From Chrysomallon squamiferum (taxonomy: Eukaryota; Animalia; Mollusca): a stretch of 64,000 nt of DNA. Under the pieces are notes generated by a model, which had not been told where the DNA came from, searched no databases, and worked only from the letters and a program-made list of their open reading frames with translations. This document shows positions 56,247 to 64,000 of the stretch, piece after piece. The stretch is taken from NCBI GenBank assembly GCA_012295275.1, contig CM022670.1, forward strand, positions 18,104,001-18,168,000, written 5' to 3'. Every line of letters starts with the position of its first letter. The first letter of the stretch is position 1. Both the position numbers and the translations under genes were made by a program.

Positions 56247-56927
56247 TGTTTGAAGAAAAACGATGATTGGAACTGGAAATATCTCAGTTATAGAAACGAA
56301 TATATCGATCCTGCGATCTATCGCTAAGCTATATCCTGTCCTGAAATGTCATTATTACTAGCACTACTACTGTTGCTACTTCTACAACAGCTGCTGCTAC
56401 AATTACTGTTAATATAATTTTTAATCATCGTCATTATTACAAATATTATCATACTATTCATCATTGTTGTTGTGACCTGTATTGTTATTATTATTGTTAT
56501 TGCTATTACTTCCACTATTTATACTACTACTACTACCACAATTACGACAACAACTGTTGCTGCTGCTGATTCTGCCACTTCTACAACCATTACCAGTGCA
56601 GCAACAATTTCATACTGATTTTAGTTTATAAAATGTCTTAATTCCTGTCGTTCTTACACAATATATATCCTTCACATTTCTGTACCCGACAATAAGAAAA
56701 CTGATTCTGTCTGGCCTATTTATATCGTTAAAACAAACTATTAAATCATGACATGTCTGTCTTGGCCAGACGATGTCAGACCAAGGACGAATGTTTGCTA
56801 AATATACACTGTATAAAGTATTTAAAAAAATTTAAAAAAATATTAATTAATGCTGGGTAAAATCTTTTTTAACGTTACTTTATTTTTATTATAATTGTTG
56901 TTGTTGTTGTATTTGGGGGTTTTATTA

Positions 56928-56958
<31 letters not shown>

Positions 56959-57131
56959 GTAGTTAGTAGTAGTAGTAGTAGTAGTTTTTTTAATATGTGT
57001 CCGTGTATACACATCTTTTATTTCAAGAAAATATCTGAATATTTAAATTTATATATCAGACAAAATTTATTATCTACTGTAGACTCCATTTTTTGTTATC
57101 ATCATCATTGTTATTGCTACTGTTATTATTA

Positions 57132-57196
<65 letters not shown>

Positions 57197-57742
57197 AAAC
57201 TTCAACAAAATAAAATAATAATCTATAAAAAGTGGACAATGCATAAATAATTGGAAGATTTTAAAACTATTTTATCAACAATGTAATTTGCAATACATTG
57301 TTTATTTACACATCTTTGCGATGTACTGTTTATGATAAGCGTGATCGAATAAGTATGGTATGTACCACACGTGTATCTTCTCTAAATAATCAGTAAAAAC
57401 ACAATTCCTAAACAATTATACTCGCATCATTTAATAACTTAACATTCTAAAACAAGCTACAAAAAAAATCACATGCTGTCTGTGAACGTTTGGTGTTTAA
57501 AAATAATGCTTTGTTTTGCACATGTATGCATGCTTGTTTTCTGTCTTAATTAGTATTGTTTACAGTGAGAGAAAAAAGCACACACACAAAAAAAACTTGA
57601 CAATTTAACTGCCGTTCTTCAAAAACTGAAGCAAGTGAGTGGCGGTTAAAGGAGAGGTCTGAAGACTCCTTTCAGAAATGTTGGTGAAAAGTAATTATTA
57701 AGATATCATACATTTTATAAAATAGTTAGTTTCAGTGGTAAA

Positions 57743-57796
<54 letters not shown>

Positions 57797-58540
57797 TTAA
57801 ATGATAAAAGACGAAAGAAAATAAAGATTTGTTTGTATTCATGTACTAATTTAGCTTTTCACATTAAATTTTACATTCAACAGTGGATTACTTTTCTCTT
57901 CATGTTCTTACAGAATGTTAGCCGTAACGAACTGTAACTTAAATAAATTATAAACGTACCGTTGTTAGAGGGTGTTTTGTTTGTTTGTTTTGGGCATGGA
58001 AGAAAATTATTGTTTATTATTATTATTTTTTTTTTTTTTTTTCACTTTTCGAAGCTGACAAACTTTCATATTTTCAAACAACGCTGTAACTGTTATATAG
58101 AATAACCTACTGACCATCATGTAATATTAAAACTTTTTAAAAACCAAATCGGTCGATTCTACTATAATTTAATTTACCAACACGTGTTTTTCTAAAAAAA
58201 AAAAAAAAAAGCCCGTTCATAACTTCCAAAACAAACACACTTGGACCCGCCACTGCTCGGTTGGAAATGCCGATCCTAACTGTTCCCAAGAAAGAACCAA
58301 TAAACAAGATAATGAAGGTTTAACAAGATGCCAAAAAACAGCAAAAAGTCTAACGTGGTACAATATAATGAACACACAGACGAAGTAGAAAGATAATAAG
58401 AACACCACCGTGTTGATGTTCAAACCTACGTTTCGTCTTTCATGTTTTGTCTTGCTAATTACCTACCTGTTCATCTTCATCAAAATTTAATCTTTATAAG
58501 TTTGTAATAAAACGTGTTTTCTTGTAGTTGTAACAGTAAG

Positions 58541-58564
58541 ATTATTATTATTATTATTATTATT

Positions 58565-58629
<65 letters not shown>
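58541..58629. repeat. Compound (ATT)n(GTT)n microsatellite
   Basis: Directly visible. Confidence 0.97.
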
Positions 58630-58993
58630 ATAACTGTATAATTATATTCAACACAACGAGAAGCTTACTGATGTGCACATTTCTAATTGATGTAATGAGA
58701 TAGGATCACATCTATTTTGTTGGATATTACTACAGTAAAGATATCGTGATTGGATTTATAAATATCTGGCATTACACGCAGATACACTGTGATTTATATT
58801 TTTTGAATCGACATAGACATAGATACAAAATGAATCGAGTGCGGCCAATTATATAAAATACGCTAAGGTTATATAAACTAGTTTGCTGGGCCGTGTATTT
58901 AACAGGCAAAATAAGTTTATTATTAGACAAAAAAATGTAGGATTAACCAATAAATTAATGTTAGCCTGTATATTATCATTGTTGTTCTTATCA

Positions 58994-59064
<71 letters not shown>

Positions 59065-59290
59065 GTTCTTCTTCTTCTTGCTGCAGTTGTTGGTGGTAGT
59101 CGTGCTGGTGCTGTTGCTATTGCTCCTGTTTTTGTTGTTGATGGTGTTGAAGTTATTGTTATTATTGTCATCATTTTGAAATATTTATTTTAAACTATGA
59201 AGAAGGTGGGGCCTGGAGTTTTAAATATCAGAACTGGAAATTTAGAGTATTTGCAAGACGATAATCTATTTGTTCATCATACGAAAATAA

Positions 59291-59821
59291 AAGACAACTG
59301 GGTTGTTCTTAACCACACTACCACATAACAGACAGTAAACACACTACATAAGACAACTGGGTTGTTCTTAACCACACTACCACATAACAGACAGTACACA
59401 AACTACATAAGACAATTGGGTTGTTCTTAACCACACTACCACATAACAGACAGTAAACAAACTACATAAGACAATTGGGTTGTTCTTAACCACACTACCA
59501 CATAACAAACAGTAAACACACTACATAAGACAATTGGGTTGTTCTTAACCACACTACCACATAACAGACAGTAAACAAACTACATAAGACAACTGGGTTG
59601 TTCTTAACCACACTACTACATAACAGACAGTAAACAAACAACATAAGACAATTGGGTTGTTCTTAACCACACTACCACATAACAGACAGTAAACACACTA
59701 CATAAGACAATTGGGTTGTTCTTAACCACACTACCACATAACAGACAGTAAACACACTACATAAGACAATTGGGTTGTTCTTAACCACACTACCACACAA
59801 CAGACAGTAAACAAACTACAT
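59291..59821. repeat. 59-bp tandem minisatellite, 9 near-identical copies, intronic
   Basis: Unit AGACAAYTGGGTTGTTCTTAACCACACTACCACATAACAGACAGTAAACAMACTACATA at 59292, 59351, 59410, 59469, 59528, 59587, 59646, 59705 and 59764. Confidence 0.97.
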
Positions 59822-60772
59822 TGCGTGCCTCCTTAAATAAAACATTTTCTTCTTTTTGTCCTTTAATGCGCTGCACAACGTGGTGTCTCTGGGGGCATGT
59901 TTTGCTGTCTGCGGGAAGGTAGAAATAAAATAAAATATTCAGCTGCTGAATGATTAAAGCAGTAACGAGTTTCCTATCTCACATTTCATCACATAAGAAA
60001 AATATGAGTGACATTAATAATCGTTAGTATCAAAATGTGTTAAATACCACAACAAAAAAAAACAAAAAACCAGATTATTAAAATCCATTCAGAAAATGAT
60101 CTTAAACAGATTTTATTATCGACACATTTTTCTTAATGTGTAAGGTAATAACAAGGAAAGAGGTTAAACATATTTCGGTCTATCATATACTTATTTAGAC
60201 TGCCATCTGTCTAGCGTAATCGTTGAATAATACTGCTGTTTAACTGAAAACATACATTTGTAAGTGCATTCTTAATACTCCCTTACGTTCAACGAGTATT
60301 AACGTGGACAGTTTTAACAAGGAGCATGTCATTATTTCTAAATACGCATACTAGAGATTACAGATGTTTTGTAAATACGAAGTGCTAATGATACATAAAC
60401 TTAATCACTAACGTCCTTAATGGAAACCATTATACTAATAAGTTTATCATTTACCGTTCAACCTCGTGTTATTAGCACGATGCCATGCGCGGACACTGAT
60501 AAGAAAAAACGAACCCAGTGCGCGTCTCTGTTCTTCTCTGTAATTTTAAATGACTTCTCCCACCTTTCCGAGACGCTAGGCCCGTCCCTGGCAGTGAACA
60601 ATAATTAATGATAATGTCGGTAATAATTATGATAGAGCTGTTGTGTAATAGCAACTGCAAGTTATTGAGTTTTGTTGTTTTTTTTTTTTTTTTTTTTTTT
60701 TTTTCAGTAATATTTTTTTGTACAAGTCTATGACAACAAATGGGAATTTATTTATCGTTGTTGTTGTTGTTG

Positions 60773-60814
<42 letters not shown>

Positions 60815-61174
60815 CATTGTGTTCTATTCTATTTTTAATTTAGTTATTATGTCTGGGTATATTCTTCTTGCGAGTAAATGCATTTACTTGTTTTTAACAA
60901 ATCGATTTGTCATTATTTGTCGATCCATCTTGTTTGCATGTAGGGAGACGTGACTCAGTCGGAGAAAGAGTGTTTGTTTCATCTCACCTGTCAAACAAGC
61001 ATCACACAACACGGAGATAAACTGACACTTTCAATTTTATGCTTTCATTCGTTTTGCTACTCTTAAGGCTCCTCTGACAATTTGTTCTTAGCTTTTAATC
61101 TTATTTTACTATTCTTCTGCTTTATTCTAGTTCGTCTTCATTTTTTAACAACGGAAAATATAGCATGAAAAAAA

Positions 61175-61207
<33 letters not shown>

Positions 61208-61654
61208 GAAGAAATAATGTTAAAGAATGTTAAAATCGACATTCTTCTTGAAAACACTGTATTTTGAATAGAACAAAAACAAAATTAAAGAAAAAAAAAA
61301 AAAAAAAAAAAACAGATAAGAAATTCCTCCAAAACAACGAGTAAACAGTTATGTCAGAACTTTAAAAATTCGAAAATTCTATTTTTGTACTTAACCATAA
61401 CGAAAAACTGAATGAATTTTTGTTGCTGTTGTTGTTCTTGTCTGTCTGTGTAGATTTTATTTCTCTACTGTAAGCTATCTCAGCAGAAAGTTTTATCTTA
61501 TTTAGGGTTAGTTCAGTAATCTTATAAAGTAGTTCATATAGATTCACAAACAGTGTGATCCATTTCGGTACACATTTCTAGTCTTCTCAAACAAGTTAAA
61601 CCTTCGTATGCTTTACATGGGTTATCTGAAGTTGAAACATCTCTTCTTTCAATC

Positions 61655-61715
<61 letters not shown>

Positions 61716-62622
61716 CACGTTTTATAATGTATAAGAAAAATGTATATTTCACAAAACAGATTCACAATCACTGCTGTAGTTCAGGAATTAGTATTTAATA
61801 ACGTTCTGTGACCTTGCAAAGGTTCGATCCCACAAACCGCGGCCTTTTACAGAAGACAATCTATCATCAAATCAGAATGCGCGCGATGTTTTCTCCGGAG
61901 CTGTTTGAACGATCGCTGAGGCTCATCTTAAGCATAAAGAAATCATGCTCAATTGAGTTAGCACTTAAACAGCCACCTTTCAAGAAGCTGGACTTTCAAT
62001 CGCAGACAGTTTTTAGATTTCTCAACCAAGGGTGGTATCTCTCTGATCATTAGACGCGTCATTGCTCTCAAAGAAATTGGGCATTTATCCGATTTTCCAG
62101 GTTCATTAGACAAAGAATGCTTCGATCACCAACCGCTCGAAGAATTGGGTTATTGTTGAGGTACAAGAATCCTCGTCCAGCGTACGACAAAGAGCACAAT
62201 CGAAGAACCCCCTTACTACACGTTGTTTAATATCTGTTAGTATTACTCCACCGAAAAAAAAGCGAGCACCAGCAGTTAAAAGGACTTCATACAAAAGAAG
62301 AGCACAGTGTGTTAAGTACTTGGTAAACACTCCAAAGACTGTGCGAGTTAAAATGTTGGAAGTGATTTGCTATCGAGGAACGTCCTTCTCATTCTATTCA
62401 GAATATTTACAGAGTTCTGAAATCGGTTTAAAACTCTATTTATCTTTTCGTGAAGAAATGTGTTTCGCAATTCCCGCACACACAGAAACAAAATTAAAGA
62501 TATCTCGTAATAAATGACTTTTTCGCTTGATATAAAGACGAATGATATAATGGGAATGTTTTTAAAAAAGTAGAATTTTATACTTATTTAACAGCGCAGT
62601 TTCAAAAAAAAAAAAAAAAAAA

Positions 62623-62657
<35 letters not shown>

Positions 62658-64000
62658 CCTCTAGAAATAAATGCGTAGAATCTAAGAGATAATAAAATAT
62701 TTCTTTTATATTTTTTAAAAACGCATCGATATTTTATATGTTAGTATGTAAATTTAGTTAAGATGATAACAGTAGTAGTTGTTGTTGCTGTTGTTGTAGA
62801 AGATGAGGAGGAAATTATAGGTGCAGGAGTAATAGTTGTTGTTGTTGCAGTGATAAAAGTCAGAAAAGTATGATAGTAGAAACAGTGACAGACTAATGGT
62901 GGTTGTTGTAGCAATAGTAGCAGCAGCAGTAGTTTAGCAATGGTGGTAAAAGCAGCACGGGTGGCGAAAAACAACCGGCAAGCTTGGGACCAGAGGTGAT
63001 CTGGGTTTTTGGATACAGACTAAATATATACTTAAAACATAAAATAACCAATGGGGAGAAATAAATGAAGTTTTATTTAGTAAATGTATATTAATGGATT
63101 TCTAAAGCACGGTCTGTTTGATCTTTATTATTCTACTTAGAATTCTAAATAACACCTCAGTGCTATACGCTTTCCATTAGCAAGTTGTGTTTCAGCTACT
63201 CGTTTAGTCATGATAAAAAATGAAAATAATAAAAATCTGAAACAAGTAAAAACTTACTGCGGAAAGACCATCTGCACTCTCACTTGAACTGGCGTCACGG
63301 AATCTAAAATAAAGTGCGCCAAGTTCCAGATTTTTGGAAGACGGATAAATGGTTCTGAACCCATAGTTAGATTAGTACTATTAGAGTTGTAATACGAGAG
63401 CAGTAGCAGTAGTAGTAGTAGCAGCAGCAGCAGCATAATTAGCAACAACAGCAACAGCATCAGCTATTATTGCTGCTGTTGTTGTTATGACAGCATTTGT
63501 AACAGTAGTATATAGCAGCAGTTATTGTAGTAGTATATTACATTAGCAGATGAAACCAGAGAAGTTTAATGTCATTTTCATCTTTTTCTTTTCTTTGTTT
63601 CCTTTTTTCTTTGTTACTTTTTTTGCTTTCCATTTCAAAATCATCATTTTTAACCAGTTTCATGGGAAAATCAGAGAGATAGGATGAAAAACAAAACATG
63701 CATTAACGTCTGCCATAACGAATGATTTTAATTATAATACAAATTTACTACTTACAATAAATCTTGTCTAATTTTCTCATCTTATTTTTCTTTACCAAAT
63801 ATTGTGACTTTTTAATGAATGTCAGTGAGATTTATGATTATCTGCAGAGAATTTTCTTCATGCTAACTACCAAGGATAAAATAAACTGTTTCTGTAAATA
63901 ATTAAGTATTTTATTTTGCTGCTAAATGTAACTTTATACGTGGCACTGAAGGTTCTCTCGCTGCTTCAAATTATTAGCACATGGCAAGTGATAAAAGGTG

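Larger units (their letters stand above)
53755..64000 (+). other. Intron of the receptor gene (phase 0), >10 kb, extends beyond the window
   Basis: GTAAGT donor at 53755. The expected next exon (rest of TM3 with a D/ERW motif) was not seen downstream by eye or in the ORF track. Confidence 0.8.

Noticed and set aside
56094-58255. hAT-like termini CAGCGGCGGTTTCAG (56094) and reverse CAGTGGCGGGTCCAA (58241-58255) as one element
   Set aside because: The 8-bp flanks differ (CTACACAC versus CTCGGTTG) and the TIR match is weak. At most these are independent relics.
59291-59821. CRISPR-like appearance of the 59-bp array (also the 55-bp and 30-bp arrays)
   Set aside because: Units are contiguous with no unique spacers, there are no cas genes, and the context is eukaryotic.

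Overview
AT-rich animal genomic DNA, dense in microsatellites (about 30% GC by eye, not computed). It is most likely lophotrochozoan, probably a gastropod mollusc (inference). Only one convincing protein-coding segment is present: the first coding exon (53374-53754, +) of a class A GPCR of the orexin/allatotropin receptor family. It ends at a phase-0 GT donor and is followed by an intron of more than 10 kb that runs off the window. The ~53 kb upstream has no recognisable host exon. The window also holds a 948-bp Tc2/pogo-like MITE with TIRs and TA duplications, a decayed FLYWCH/Mutator-like transposon, a three-copy dispersed repeat, probable SINE relics, and minisatellites with 55, 30, 40, 34 and 59 bp units. 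Nearly all other listed ORFs are microsatellite artefacts. I found no clearly supported new biological system. The best leads are the hidden FLYWCH-MULE relic, the roughly 1-kb alternation of complex islands and low-complexity spacers, and the 30-bp array with conserved and variable halves.
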